A DNA stretch of 53,133 nt, the filler included, from Asterionella formosa (lineage: Eukaryota), in assembly GCA_002256025.1 (NCBI GenBank). It is 4 parts of 4 records of this genome, joined end to end, with 100 filler letters (N's around TTAATTAATTAA, not from the genome) between each part and the next. Parts side by side here need not be neighbours in the genome. Positions count along the whole stretch, not along the records: positions 1 to 13,227 come from NKIB01006870.1; positions 13,328 to 26,539 come from NKIB01006871.1; 2 more parts are not named here. One strand, 5' to 3'. Within the stretch, counting starts at the first letter, position 1. Every line of letters begins with the position of its first letter. Below are positions 11,007 to 23,789 of the stretch, in pieces. Under the pieces are notes generated by a model. The model did not search any database. It was given only the letters and a program-made list of their open reading frames with translations, and was not told the origin of the DNA. The position numbers and the translations under genes were made by a program.

Positions 11007-12751
11007 CTAACCAGTACAATTCAAGCTCTCTTTACAGGAACTGCTGCAGTTGCAAGTCAGTGGGGGGCAAACAAAGATGTTCTGTATTGGTGAAATACTA
11101 CATACTTCTGTTGGAACTGTGCCTGTAAAATTGTTCTTTCCAAGAGATAATGTGGCTGCCAAGAAAGTGAAATATTAGCACAAAATTTCATGAAATGTAA
11201 GTTAAGGGTCAAATAACTCACTCAATGCAGACATGAGACCAATTTCTGTGGGAATTGTACCAGTAAAGGTATTGCCAAAAATCCTAAATGTTGTGATGTT
11301 GGCCAACTGTCCAAGCTCTATTGGAATTGGACCAGTAAGCTGGTTCTGGAATAAAAGCAACTCTGTAATACTTGTCAGTAGACCTAGTTCAATAGGTAGT
11401 GATCCATTAATGGCATTTGATGCCAAAGCAATAGATTCTTTGTCATAAAATGATATGACTCATTTCATTAGTGAGCGATCCTAAATGATATGTTTTTGTC
11501 TCTTTCCGTGTTTGTTAACTTACCCAATCTTGACAAAAGACCAATTTCCGGAGGAATGGACCCCATTAAGGTATTGTTAGTCAAATCTATCGACATGATC
11601 TGGCCCACATTGCATGTCAATCCAAACCAATTACAATAATTGTTGATACTAAATAGCCAAGAAAACCTGCTATTGAATTGGTCATTAGAATCTTGGTTGG
11701 GCCACTGGTCTCCAGAGGTTGCATAATAAAGGGTCACCAAGGCATAGATTTGGAGCAATTCAGTATCCATGATTTCTGCAGTACCTTGCTTCCTTTCTAA
11801 CCAGATCATTGCCTGCTGCTGTGGGGAGCCGTCAGTCAAAAGTGCAGTCCCATTATCAAACGAGTTCTCAGATAAAAAGGGGAACAAAACAGAAGTTGGA
11901 CTTGGTGATGGAGGAATGGATGTTGGAGGAACTGATGTTGGATTCAATGGGGAAGGAGCCAATGTCTCATTGCCTGACTTGTTCCCAGTAAGCACAACTG
12001 CAACTACAGCAGCCACAATGGCAACGATACTTGTGAGTCCGCAAGATACCATGATGTTAATCATATTACGGCGATTTCGGGCCTTCGCTTCAGCTTCGGC
12101 GTCGAGAACCGCCACGGTGGCAGGCATAACAGAGGTAGATTCATCAACAAGAGTGGCATTCACCGCCTCTTGTTGGCCTTCCTCTATGCCATGCATTGCG
12201 AGTGGTTGTTCATTGATACCCTGGGACTCGTCTAAAGACCATTCATCGTCGGCACTCCGACTTGCACGACCACTCCCTCCCACCGCAACGGCTCCAGGAA
12301 GTGTTTGTGGAGGTACACCAGGTTCTTCATGCTCCACCCTCGCGGAAGAATCCTGCTGCAAAATGTTAGACCCTGACCCAACCCTGTGGTTGAAATTTTT
12401 CTTCCCATCAAGGGATTTTCCATGTAAAACCTCAGAGTCCCAAACTCGTTCTTCCTCCTTTGCTTCGTCAGCAAAAGGCACGCTGGCATAATTACTCTTC
12501 TTTTTTGCAGCGATAGAAGGTGTCACTGAACTTACGTGATCATATTGGCTGACTTCCTTGCTGTAGTCCTTCTCATCATGGACTTCTCCATGTAAAGAGT
12601 CAGAGTCCCATGCGCGTTCTTCCTCCTTCGCTTCGTCAGCAAAAGGCTCGCTGGCACAATTACTCTTCTTTTTTGCAGTTAGAGAAGGTTTCACTGCACT
12701 TACGTGATTAGATTGGCTGCCTTTCTTGACTTCTTTCCTGTGGTCGCTCAT
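11007..12751 (-). CDS. Single-pass membrane leucine-rich-repeat protein; exons 12751-11524, 11437-11222, 11155-11007
   Basis: Charged N-terminus with PGAVAV, then TM (IVAIVAAVVAVVL), Pro-rich linker, SPQxxAxxWL/YALVTLYYAT/CxWxGxxC cap, plant-type LRRs and a Cys-rich tail. GT-AG introns 11438-11523 and 11156-11221 restore the frame to TAG at 11007. Confidence 0.88.
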
Positions 12752-13227
12752 AATGCTGGTTGTATGATGTGTCTAACGCACAGAATAACCACAACTAGAC
12801 AAGATTATATGAAGATCAAACTTGAAACGGAATCTCGCAGGTTACGCTACATGGCCCCGGATAAATTTGAATTATCGATGAAACTGCTACTAGACTGAGA
12901 GGGAGTACCGGTACCTGCTAGTATGGCTGGAATCATGCTCAGAGTACATATAGTAGCCACCGTAGCCCTAGCATGATTATGGATAAATATATTCATGCAT
13001 TAGTTTACGTAATGTTGACAAGCATATAACAACATCAGCGATCGCTTTATTCATCTACATTCATTACAAACTTGTAATCGAAGTCCAAGGCACATCGACA
13101 TGTCTTCATCTTCTTTATAAGGTTGTCGATTTCGACAGGGCCATGCTTGGAGCGCTGCTGTTGCAGTTCTGGTTCAAATAAGCCAGAATCAAGAGCATGG
13201 TAAGCCAACATGTACTGGCGAGCTCGT

Positions 13228-13327
13228 NNNNNNNNNNNNNNNNNNNNNNNNNNNNNNNNNNNNNNNNNNNNTTAATTAATTAANNNNNNNNNNNNNNNNN
13301 NNNNNNNNNNNNNNNNNNNNNNNNNNN
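13228..13327. other. Assembly gap with artificial TTAATTAATTAA linker
   Basis: N-run, six-frame-stop linker, N-run; the same structure occurs at all three gaps. Confidence 0.98.
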
Positions 13328-14353
13328 GATACTTGGCGTATTGCTATTCCTACATCATTATTGGATCCTATTATTAATTGGTATCATCAGATGTTAGCTC
13401 ATGTGGGTATGACAAGATTAAATGCTACAATTGCTACACATTTTTATCACCCTATATTAAAAACAAGAGTGGAACATATTGTAAGAGTATGTGAAGCATG
13501 TCAACGTACAAAATTACCTGGTACTGGTTTTGGTGAACTTCCACCCAGGAATGCATTATTATTACCATGGTCAGAAGTCGCAGTAGATCTAATTGGTCCA
13601 TGGAAGATAACAGTGGCTGCTCAAACGATTGAATTTCGTGCTCTAACTTGTATTGACACAGTCACCAATTTAGCAGAAATTTCACGTATCATCAATAAAA
13701 CATCAGAATATATTGCAATGAAATTTGAAAATGATTGGTTAGCCAGATATCCCCGTCCAGAACGTTGTATACATGACAATGGAGGTGAATTTACTGGTGC
13801 TCCTTTCTTACACATGTTAGTATTGAATGGAATCAAAGATGTGACTACCACAGTAAAGAATCCACAAGCAAATGCTATCTGTGAACGTTTCCATCAATCT
13901 ATCAGCAATAGTCTACGAGTTATGTTAAAGGCTCATCCTCCAATCAATGAATTTCAAGCCCAAAATATTGTGGATACATGTTTTGCAGCTGCGTCATATG
14001 CAGCTCGAGCTACTATTCATAGTATATTACGTATTTCACCAGGAGCATGGGTTTTCCAACGTGATATGATATTAAATATTCCTTTGATTACAGATTTACA
14101 ATTAATACATCAACGTCGACAGGTGATAATTGACGAACGTTTACGTCGTGCAAATTTCCGTCGTCGATCTTATGATTACAAAGTGGGTGACGAGATTTTA
14201 ATATTATTGGATAATCCTACTACTTTGGATGATCGTGGACGAGGTCCTTATACTATTATTCAAGTACATGCCAATGGTACAGTTACTTTTCAACGCACTA
14301 TGCATATTACCGAACGAATTAATATTCGTCGTATCAAACCTTTTCATAGGTAA
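13328..14353 (+). mobile_element. Gypsy integrase (copy 2, uninterrupted from the gap to the stop)
   Basis: HHCC zinc finger (HQMLAH...CEAC), DDE core (VDLIGP, DNGGEF, NAICER) and GPY motif. No chromodomain. Confidence 0.95.
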
Positions 14354-14379
14354 AAGGTTTTCCCTCAAGTGTGGGAGAG

Positions 14380-14574
14380 TGAGCAATCCTGCACATCGAT
14401 ACAGATATATATAGAGTTGGGGTTATGTCAAATATATCGGAATTCAATAATGAGAGAACTCGACTAACACCCATTCTATACTTTGATGTCAGTTCAGGAA
14501 ATGAGTTATACATAAGGATTAATTAATAAGCTCATATATTCAACAAATACTACTACTTCTAGTTAGATACTTCA
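14380..14574 (+). mobile_element. Gypsy 3' LTR (copy 2), 195 bp
   Basis: Starts TGAGCAATCC after the PPT gtgggagag and ends AGATACTTCA. TATA-like gatatatatag near 14404. Confidence 0.9.
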
Positions 14575-15128
14575 CCAGGTACCTGGTACCAGTACTGCGA
14601 TTATAGGTATACCAGGAACTGCGAGTAAAGTTATACCACCGGTGTACTGGCCTAGTATAAAATTATAAATGACGCACATGCAGAGAATGAAACGCCTCCA
14701 AGAACATCGTCGAGCAGTCATGATGATGATATAATATAATGCATGTGATGATGGTCGTTGTTTCTTTCGTTGGTGTTATGAAGGTACCAGGGGTACCTTG
14801 TACCAGTACCTGCTGTTCGAGAACAAAATTTATATGTACTGGTGAAAAATATACTTGATCATGCTGGCAGCATTTCTTCGTCATGAAAGTAACAATCCCG
14901 ATAGTGTCGTTGTATCTGGTACCAGGTAGTAGGCTACTGGTACCGGTAGTTCATGGGATTGAGGCACACACACGACATCATCACCCGTCGCACGCACAAT
15001 AAGAACAATATTGTTTCATTCTTTGGCTTGGATCAATCCATTTGATCTCCTGTTCGTCTCACCTCGCATCACGTAGTAGTCTTTCTTGGTACTTCATTGT
15101 CTGTCTCGCTGCATCGACTAGTTTATTT

Positions 15129-15138
15129 GCAGCAGCAG

Positions 15139-15170
<32 letters not shown>

Positions 15171-15277
15171 GCACGACAAAGTAATAAAGACAAGCGATCA
15201 ATTCCATCCATCAAAACAGTCATTCGTTGATTGCAGAATACAGTACAGTACAGTACAGTACAGTACAGTACAGTACA
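15129..15277. repeat. Microsatellites (GCA/CAA)n and (TACAG)n immediately upstream of the FtsH gene
   Basis: Read directly: gcagcagca...caacagcaacag at 15129-15172 and tacag x8 at ~15239-15278. Confidence 0.95.
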
Positions 15278-15288
15278 GATAGACGATA

Positions 15289-17739
15289 ATGATGATGAGC
15301 AGTACCATGAATCGTCTGGGGAGCACGACAAGCAGACTGTTGCTCCAACAACGACGATGCGTTGTCAGAACGAGGAACCATTGCATTCAGATTCCACCAA
15401 AGATAAGCCATGTACGCTATTCTTCTTCTTCTTCTTCTTCTCCTCCTTATAATCATCGTTTGCTTCCGCCAGCATTAGCAACAGTATCAGCATTGCAGCT
15501 GCAACAACATTCGATAGATAACATCCATGACACGCTTTGGATTCCTCGCAAGGGAACTGGATTTGACAACTTTATTCCCAAGGGAAAGAATGATAATCAG
15601 AATAAGAATGACAATGACAACAGCAACAAGAAGGACTGGAATTCAGACAACAGATGGAACTCGGGAGGTGGAGGTGGAGGGGGACCTGAACAAGTCTTGC
15701 AAGCCATTTTGATCATGGGTTTCATTACATGGGTATATCAACAATTGGCTCCGTCATCTTCCAGCAATACAGATCAAACAACTAATACTACTACACAACA
15801 ACAACAACACCGCAACGGAGGAGAAATCAGTTGGAATGATATCATGTACTTGCTACAAGACAATCAAATTGACAAGATTGTTGTCACTGCCAATCATGCT
15901 CGTATTACATGCAAACCAAAGAGTCCAGGCCTTTTCCCTACTCTGCATGCTTCCACCCCTACCACTACCAACAACAACAGCAGTAGTAGTATGGACAACA
16001 ACATGAGTGGACTACGTCCATTGTCATCATCAGTACCAATGGTGTACACACATTCCATCGGTTCCGTTGATGCCTTGGATAAAAAATTAGAAGACATTCA
16101 ATTGGAATGGGGTCGGAAACGTCGAGATCTGGTACCTGTTGTATACTCGACAGACCATGCCATGACAACTGCCGTATGGCAAATGTTACCATCACTATTT
16201 GTGGTGGGCGTTGTCTTTTTCATGTCGAGACAAATGATGAAAGGAGCAGGAGCGGCCGGAGGCGGCATTTTTCAAATTGGAAAATCAACAGCCAAGAAAG
16301 TTAACAAGCAAGATATTACGATTACATTCGCTGATGTGGCAGGATGTCAGGAAGCAAAAAAAGAAATTATGGAATTTGTCGACTTTCTCATGGAACCAGA
16401 ACAATTTACTAAACTGGGGGCCAAAATACCAAAGGGAGCCTTGTTGTGTGGACCACCAGGTACTGGAAAGACCCTCCTAGCCAAGGCTGTGGCTGGTGAA
16501 GCAAAAGTACCCTTTTACAGTGTCAGCGGATCAGACTTTATTGAAATGTTTGTTGGTGTCGGACCAAGTCGGGTTAGAGATTTGTTCAAGGAAGCAAGAG
16601 CCAACGCCCCTTGCATTGTCTTTATTGATGAGATTGATGCTGTTGGACGACAACGGGGTAGGGGTGGAGTTGGAGGAAACGACGAACGGGAAAATACACT
16701 CAATCAGCTATTAGTCGAAATGGATGGATTCCAACCTTCGACGGGAGTGGTGGTCCTGGCTGGAACCAATCGAGTGGATATTTTGGACCAAGCATTGACA
16801 CGGCCTGGACGCTTTGATCGACAGATTCAAGTTGACCGACCAGACTTACAAGGACGCAAGGAGATTTTTAAAGTTCATTTGCGAGGCATTCAACTAGAGG
16901 ATGACGTGGAAGACATTGCAGGTCGATTGGCAGGCTTAACACCTGGCTTTGCAGGAGCAGATATTGCCAATATTTGCAATGAAGCAGCCATTGTAGCTGC
17001 GAGGCGCAAGGGCGAATCAGTGAGCCTCGATGACTTTGAAAAGGCCACAGACCGCATTGTTGGAGGACTAGAGTCCAACAAAATCATGTCCAAGGAGGAA
17101 CGATCGATTGTTGCACACCATGAAGCAGGTCATGCCATTGCTGGCTGGTTTTTGGAGCACGCCAGTCCTCTCTTGAAGGTCACCATTATTCCAAGATCCA
17201 GTGGTGCTCTTGGATATGCGCAGTACCTTCCCAAGGAAACGTTTCTGCGAACCCATGATCAAATTATGGACATTGTCTGTATGGCCTTGGCTGGGCGAGC
17301 GTCAGAAGAGATTTTCTTTGGGCGCGTTACAACAGGCGCGTCGGATGATTTGAAAAAAGTGACAGAAATGGTGTATAACATGATTCAAATATATGGCATG
17401 AACACTCGTCTTGGTCAATTGGCATTTCCCAAGGATCCCAATGCTATGTTTGATGAACGCCCATATTCGGATGCAACTGCCAATGCCATGGACGAGGAAG
17501 CAAAGAATATTGTTGACCAAGCGTATCAGCGTACATTAAATCTCTTAATGGAACGAAAGGATGAATTGACCAAGGTGGCGACCATGCTCTTGGAAAAGGA
17601 AACCATCACACATGATGATGTGATTGATTTGATTGGGCCTAGGCCATTCAAAAGTGATTCCCAATATGATGAATATGTGAGTCGACGTCGAAAGGAGGAG
17701 CCTATTGATAGTGAACCTCTCACACCTGGACTGGCCTAA
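15289..17739 (+). CDS. AFG3: Mitochondrial m-AAA protease, AFG3-like FtsH family
   Basis: R/S-rich presequence, two TM segments, Walker A GPPGTGKT, Walker [12 protein letters not shown] ([19 protein letters not shown]), zinc motif HEAGH, and ALGYAQYLP typical of AFG3/paraplegin. Exact start uncertain. Confidence 0.95.
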   Translation: MMMSSTMNRLGSTTSRLLLQQRRCVVRTRNHCIQIPPKISHVRYSSSSSSSPPYNHRLLPPALATVSALQLQQHSIDNIHDTLWIPRKGTGFDNFIPKGKNDNQNKNDNDNSNKKDWNSDNRWNSGGGGGGGPEQVLQAILIMGFITWVYQQLAPSSSSNTDQTTNTTTQQQQHRNGGEISWNDIMYLLQDNQIDKIVVTANHARITCKPKSPGLFPTLHASTPTTTNNNSSSSMDNNMSGLRPLSSSVPMVYTHSIGSVDALDKKLEDIQLEWGRKRRDLVPVVYSTDHAMTTAVWQMLPSLFVVGVVFFMSRQMMKGAGAAGGGIFQIGKSTAKKVNKQDITITFADVAGCQEAKKEIMEFVDFLMEPEQFTKLGAKIPKGALLCGPPGTGKTLLAKAVAGEAKVPFYSVSGSDFIEMFVGVGPSRVRDLFKEARANAPCIVFIDEIDAVGRQRGRGGVGGNDERENTLNQLLVEMDGFQPSTGVVVLAGTNRVDILDQALTRPGRFDRQIQVDRPDLQGRKEIFKVHLRGIQLEDDVEDIAGRLAGLTPGFAGADIANICNEAAIVAARRKGESVSLDDFEKATDRIVGGLESNKIMSKEERSIVAHHEAGHAIAGWFLEHASPLLKVTIIPRSSGALGYAQYLPKETFLRTHDQIMDIVCMALAGRASEEIFFGRVTTGASDDLKKVTEMVYNMIQIYGMNTRLGQLAFPKDPNAMFDERPYSDATANAMDEEAKNIVDQAYQRTLNLLMERKDELTKVATMLLEKETITHDDVIDLIGPRPFKSDSQYDEYVSRRRKEEPIDSEPLTPGLA

Positions 17740-18439
17740 GAGAGGCAGCAGACCAAGGTACGTATTAGTTTCGTTTCTCTCAAGACTTGCTGGGGAAACT
17801 AAACTGACACAGGAAGAATAAATGACGTAACAAAAGCTGATGGGTTAGGTTTTGTGTTTGGCTTGGTTTGCTTTTGAGCAACCCTGTAAACTTGCTTCCT
17901 CTTCTATAATATCAGCATCACATAGTAATATTGACATTGCTGATCAAAATCGATCATGTACCCTTTCGGAATGTAGCCTTTTTGTATCGTTTGAAACCAA
18001 AAAACATGCTGCACATCAAATCCTGCTTTCTGACAGATTATGATATCAACTCAACAAAGTATTGGTAAATATATATGATTGAACATAATAATAGGTTGAG
18101 GCGAACATTCAGGAAATTCTTCCTTGGCTAACAAAATTCGATATGCCCCATATTGCTAAAGGCAATACACGCCCGAAGTGGCCTCTTGCAGCCTAAAAAT
18201 TACTTAGAAGTACACGAATGGCAAGACGATAGCTGGAGCGGGAATTGCCCCAACATAAAGTTACTTAACAAATTACTTGAAGCGAAATAATTACTGAGAA
18301 GTACCAGAGTTGCATGACGACCACTGGATGCGAATTGCCCTTGGCTGGATGTAGTCGCAAATGTTTGCAGAATATGCATGTAGGTTGACTTGTTGTTGAA
18401 TCTGCAAAGTACAGAAGCCTTACGTCGCCTACGAAAGCT

Positions 18440-20090
18440 ATGTGGCCGGCTTTTACGTTCCGGTATACAAATGTGTTAATTTATTTGACATGCAGTTTCA
18501 CGCTCTTGCTCACTTTTTCCAGAACTCTCCATCCAACTCCGCCAATGACCTCAAATTCAGTTCCTCCATCATGGACAACCCTTTCTGCTTCCCCCGGAAT
18601 GCGTCCACGTCGGAGTACAACTGGGTTGCGACGCCCCTTTTTCTTTTTCCTGGGAGTCTCCTTCTTAGATTTCTTCTTTTGGGTACTTGTTGTAGGATTT
18701 ATTTCCTGGTCACTGTCATCTCCATCATCCTCACTGTCTTTGTCATCAGAGTCCTTGATTTTCACGTGAGGTGTAGCCGTATCGCATAATCCAGAAGCTG
18801 AGGTCTTTGTCCTTCTAGCCTTCTTCTTGTTTTTGGCTTGTTCTTGGAGTGGCATCCCTCGTTGGATTCGACTGAGTTGTCATCTTTCTTGGCATCTCCA
18901 TTGGCGCCAGTCAACTCATCAACACGAATTGCCCTTCCTTCATTATTCCAGACACTTCTTCACTTAAATAGATCTTTCTTGATAGAGATGGATTTAATTG
19001 TATTGAGTAAGTGTGTGGGGAGGAAAGGAATTTGGTTGTCTTTAGATGATTTAGGTGTGGCTCCGCCTTTACTCATAGAAGTAGCTAGCTAGTTGCGCGC
19101 CTTGCCTTGGTGGAACTCTGTTGTGAGAATCTTTCCAATTCCTGTTCTCTGATACAAATACGTTGAACACACTCATCAAAAGTCTTGTTGGTGTCACCAC
19201 AAAGGTTCTGAACGCAAACATCATAGTCTTCATCCTCAATTTGATCAAGGAATTTAGTCCGCTTTGTTGCTTCAGTGTAGCCTTCATGTTTGTCTTCCAA
19301 CTTTCGACTGCAGAGAATGAACATGTTTATGTACTCATTAGCTTTCACCTTATTGGAAAGTTGTAACTCATTGAGTTGATTCCTGTAGTGATCAATAAGG
19401 GTCCTTGATACTTCTGCTTTTCCATACCACATCTTTAATCCAGTCCAGGCAGCATGTCCACTCTGGAGCACATTTGCATCAATTATATGATGTTGTGCAG
19501 TCCCCTTATACAGTGCTTTCTTCGGCATGTTGTATAATTCACGGTCACATGTCATACCTACTGTATCAGGTTGTACTGGCTTGTCTGTATCAGTCAAAAA
19601 TGTTGCATAAGCCGTCTGGCCAAGTGTTGCACCTGTACCAAAGCAATATGTACCATTCCTCCCAGTCAATTGGATCCCCAGAAAAATCCTTGAGTGCATC
19701 AACATATATTTTCGGGTCCCCACGCGTAGGGTCTACAGGCATGGCTGGTACTGCTGGTACAACTGCTTGTGCCGTGGTTGCCATGGGCATGCTTAGTGTC
19801 ACCATGACATTCTGCATAGTTGTTTGGACGCTTACGACGTGTCCTCTTGCGAGAAATGTCCCAAGTCTTGCCAACTTGCGCCTAAGCACCATGATAGAAG
19901 AGTTGGGAAGTAACTGGACAATGTACGCTTCTTCGAGGACGGAAAGGTTGTCTGTATTTGTCACACCGGCGTTTGCGAGTGTTTCTAACTCATGTTGAGT
20001 CATTCCACTCAATTCCACCACTTTCGGATCCATCATTCTACTAGTCACTCTCGTCGGCTCAGGAACTAGTAGACTCAGTCTCATAATCTG
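18440..20090 (-). mobile_element. Copia-like LTR retrotransposon gag-protease relic (second family)
   Basis: Frameshifted gag (DFSGDPIDWEEW; GHAAWTGLKMWYG...KFLDQIEDEDYD) followed by a protease-like motif VVHDGGTEFEVIGGVGW. No RT. Confidence 0.65.
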
Positions 20091-20555
20091 ATAAGATGCT
20101 ATCTAAAGACAAATTGGCCTGTTAGTTCCCTACTGTAATGGTAGGTCCAACAAGTTGTAACTTGAGGCCATTCCAGCAGTACTTTTTACTAGGTTAGCTA
20201 GTATGTATCTACGTAGATGGTACAACCACGTTGTTCCAGCAGTACCCATCAAGTACTATGGATATCTGATTCATCAGTTGGTGCGGTAAGCAGTAATTCA
20301 CCAATTACCAGGAGAACCCGAGCAATCTCGTTCCTGTATTTATCATATGTTTCATCCACCAATGCACCAACATGCCTTTCCATTGAGACTTTTTTGTTCG
20401 GGTCGCAAAATGCATAGATTGGGAGCCACCAAGCAATATGCTCCTGTTACGGTCTAAAGCCAAACAGCTGGTGATGCAACACTGACCTAGCCTGTTCCTG
20501 CTAAAGAGGAGTCAGGGTTGCCTTGATAACAATTTTCTGATATGCCGTAAAGTGC

Positions 20556-20870
20556 GACATCTTGGCTTTTGTGCCGGATCTCTGCTTCAAGGAATCCTGC
20601 AAATTTCACTACCCTGTACATACCGCTATGTACAGTACCAGGTACCAGGGCACCTGGTACCTCGTACTGGTACCTGGTACCTCATGACTTGCTTTTGAGG
20701 TAGTTATTTTATTACACACCCGTACCAGGTACCACCATTAGCCATGTTGGTAGCGAATACCGTATGATGAATAAATGCACCTGTCGTGCGCACGGAAATA
20801 AATACTCCCTGATACTCCGAGTACCGGTACCGGTACCGGGTACCAGGTACTGAAGGTAAGACAAGACAGA
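20556..20870. repeat. ~300-bp GTAC-rich repeat, copy A (direct copy B at 25637-25960)
   Basis: Shared gacatcttggcttttgtgccg, accgctatgtacag, ggtaccacca, tagcgaatacc, gaataaatgc and tactccctgatactc. Confidence 0.85.
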
Positions 20871-22274
20871 GGGCGGTCGCTGCCTGCGAGTATTCTTGTG
20901 GTCGAGGCTTGGGAGGCGCGAGTAGGTTGACAAAAGCCCTTTCTGTTTGTTGAAAACCTAGTTTCGATATTTTTTATGTTGGATGCGAACTTGCCAATTG
21001 CCCTTCATTTAAAGCATATATATAGCATAGTTCTTAAGTACAGTTTTTGGAATACTCAATCCTGCAATTGTCCATCACATCAAAAATATGTTGCATATCT
21101 CATATGCTCCGTTTTTGGACTGCCAAAGTTTCTTCAATATTTTCAATAGCCCATAGATTTGCCTGCCGAAATGGAGTGCTGTTTATTTAAGGGAAATGAA
21201 TTAGTGACACCTATTGCCCCCCTATTGAATTCCATTTACTTAAAGGAAAATGGACTGCCGAAATTGGAAGGGAGTAGGATGAGTTACGTGAAGGCACGAA
21301 AGAATGATGGTTTTCTGTTAAGTGTCGATGGCAATTCCACTATTTACATCCCTGCTATCTTCCAACATGCTCCGAGGTATATTAACTCTGTTCATTGATG
21401 TCTCAAACATCGACTATTCATCCAATGGATCTGGCTGGTTGTTGGATAATTTGTCTTGTTATGGGATTCATTTCGTTGCATCCTGCTTGCTTTGTCACAG
21501 TGGCACCAAAATTTCGGTTCCCCTTTCTGTTGATTTTCGATAGCCTTTCCGGTCGACTCCTTCGCTAGATTTGATATGTAGTGATAAATAAATTAATGAT
21601 TGTTCAAAAGCGACCTCAATGAATCTTTGGGTAGCTATAAAAAAACTCAGAGCGTTATGGTAGGTCAAAGTTAGGCTTCCATCTTGTCATCAAACCGGTT
21701 TTTCTTAAGATTTGATCAGCCGTTAAATGTTAACTATAATTTTATAGTATGTTTTCTACGTGTCCTAAACTGTCTCAAATCATATCTTGGCAGCAAGTTT
21801 TAGTGCTCAAGTGTTGGCTTTTTTCCACTGCGCTACAATAGTATTGTTTTATTGCTTTGTAATCACAAAATTACTTTTCTTACTTCTATGTAATCATCTA
21901 CAATGACAACGAAAAGTCGTCGATCTCAATGAGCTATCGCAAACTCAGCAAAGCAGACGGAACATGATGGAACCGGTGTTCTGCATGAACTCGTATCCAA
22001 CAAGGAAGAGAGGACAGGTATGCACTTGTTGATTGTTGTTGTCATGTTTGAGTTCCCGCCATGGTCAAGCATGATAATTATAATGCACATTTCTTTCTCT
22101 TCAGAGCATTGATGAAGGCACCTGTCATGTTACTCCTCCACTAACTGACAATGCCAACCAATCACTATCCACTAGTTGAACCCTTGTCCAATGAGGTGAA
22201 GTATATTGCCAGTTGATTGTTTTTGTTTTTCACAAGGTATAATATACACGCACTGACATAATTCGTTTCTTTTT

Positions 22275-22965
22275 CTTGATTCCCAATGCTAGCAAAGCCA
22301 CTTAATTCGAAACTCGCACAAAGATTGTAATTTCTTCAGAATGCCGACAATGTTGGCAACATATCTCGCCAGCACCAACAAAATATCACTCCATTGCTCC
22401 CTGTCATCCTACTCAAACCTGTCCTCCTACTCAAACCTGTCCTCCTAAAGTTACAAAGCCACAAACGCCCTCATCAGCCAGTAAATTTTTCGATGCATCC
22501 TGCTCCTCTTCTTGCCAGATACCACCAGCAGCGCTCCCCCCTCAGCACCAAACCTCCACTATCAAGCTGTTGCTCCTCCAACAACTCAGCAACCACAAGT
22601 CCAAATCAATACAGAAACCAGCACTGCCGCTAAATCCATTCAGGCATCGGTTTCTGCTTCTCGAGGCCCAATCTGAACATTTCTGAAATTTCGTTGCAAT
22701 AGCAAAAAAGTGTGAGTAGACAATTGTTAATGAAAATGCGTAGACAAAATTTCACACAATTTTTCCGCTGACCCATTTCCTTTTTCACTCTTTATTCTAC
22801 TCCCTGCTTGTCATATTCATGTCTTACCTTTCGATTTCCGTTTCATACTTTGATTGCTTAACAACATCATGTCAAATTTTCGATGCTTGTTACAATCATT
22901 TGTGTGTGACTATTTTTCATGCAAATACCAGTACTGGTGTATTTGTTGTTCCATGCATTTTTGAT
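22275..22965. repeat. Dispersed ~650-bp repeat, copy B
   Basis: Colinear with 1546-2204 and ends at the same ccatgcatttttgat. Confidence 0.85.
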
Positions 22966-23139
22966 GTGGTGTCTAAAAATTTTCCCATGAAAATTCTGTC
23001 TTCCACCACGCTCCTGTCTCCTCAGTGTACATCTGGTGCTACACACCCAAATATTTTACATGTTCAGAAAATAGAACATATTATTTTTCTATTATAAGAA
23101 GCTCCCAGTATGTATCATATTATTTTGTTTGGCACCATC

Positions 23140-23568
23140 ATGAAAATGAAATCCCTTCGAGATGGAGAAATACTCAGCCTATGCGGTATCACAAATGGGC
23201 GAAGCTGTGTGCAACATTGATGCTGTGGAGCTTATGTTCGCATCAATGATACAGTGCGTTTCAAGCTGACAATGGTGGAGATTGGCGAGGAGAAGGAGAT
23301 GCAAATGGCGATGAAGGCTGTGGTTGTCCGAGATGGAACAGAGTTGTGTACAGTCGGGTTTTTGAGCAAGAACATTGCTGCTTTGTTGGAGAAAACAAGA
23401 TTTCGATATCAAGACAAGATTGCTCAAATCATTGAGCTGTATGAAGAAAGTGACATTCAAACAAAGAGGGCTAGGAGCAACCACAACCTCGGATTGGCTT
23501 CGTTTCGATTTTTTGATGACATCCAAATTCAAGAGTTAATGAATTCTAAATGGTGCTTCTTTGAATAA
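23140..23568 (+). pseudogene. Accessory ORF with GRSCxxHxxCG motif and HIRAN-like core
   Basis: Frame from ATG 23140 reads MKMKSLRDGEILSLCGITNGRSCVQH*CCG...MAMKAVVVRDGTELCTVGFLSKNIAALL, with one internal TGA at 23218-23220. Confidence 0.5.
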
Positions 23569-23789
23569 GGTTCAAAAATCTTGATTGAACAAGGATAGAT
23601 TCAATACATATTTAGTAGTTGAACATTTTAAGACTTGAAACTGGTCGTATGATTAAATTTCTAGTCATCAGCAAAACAAATAAAAAAAATTCCATTTGCA
23701 AGTCAGACATGTAGTTTAAAAACAATATATTTAACAAATAAAAGATTTAATCACTAAATTTTATCCAAATAGACTACAACTAAAGTAAA

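Noticed and set aside
11769..12491. 240-aa + strand ORF
   Set aside because: Antisense shadow of LRR exon 1.
5150..14574. Gypsy copies 1 and 2 as giant inverted repeats of one composite element carrying LRR genes
   Set aside because: An assembly gap at 13228-13327 lies between them, so relative orientation and distance are unverified.
15042..15456. Several short ORFs with poly-A/Q/R and YCTVL repeats
   Set aside because: Products of microsatellites. A gtgag donor-like site near 15062 (-) is not enough to support a gene.
21159..21398. Possible SET-domain fragment (LFKG...SYV...SVDG...AIFQH)
   Set aside because: Resemblance too weak; the canonical RFINH and ELxxDY motifs are absent.
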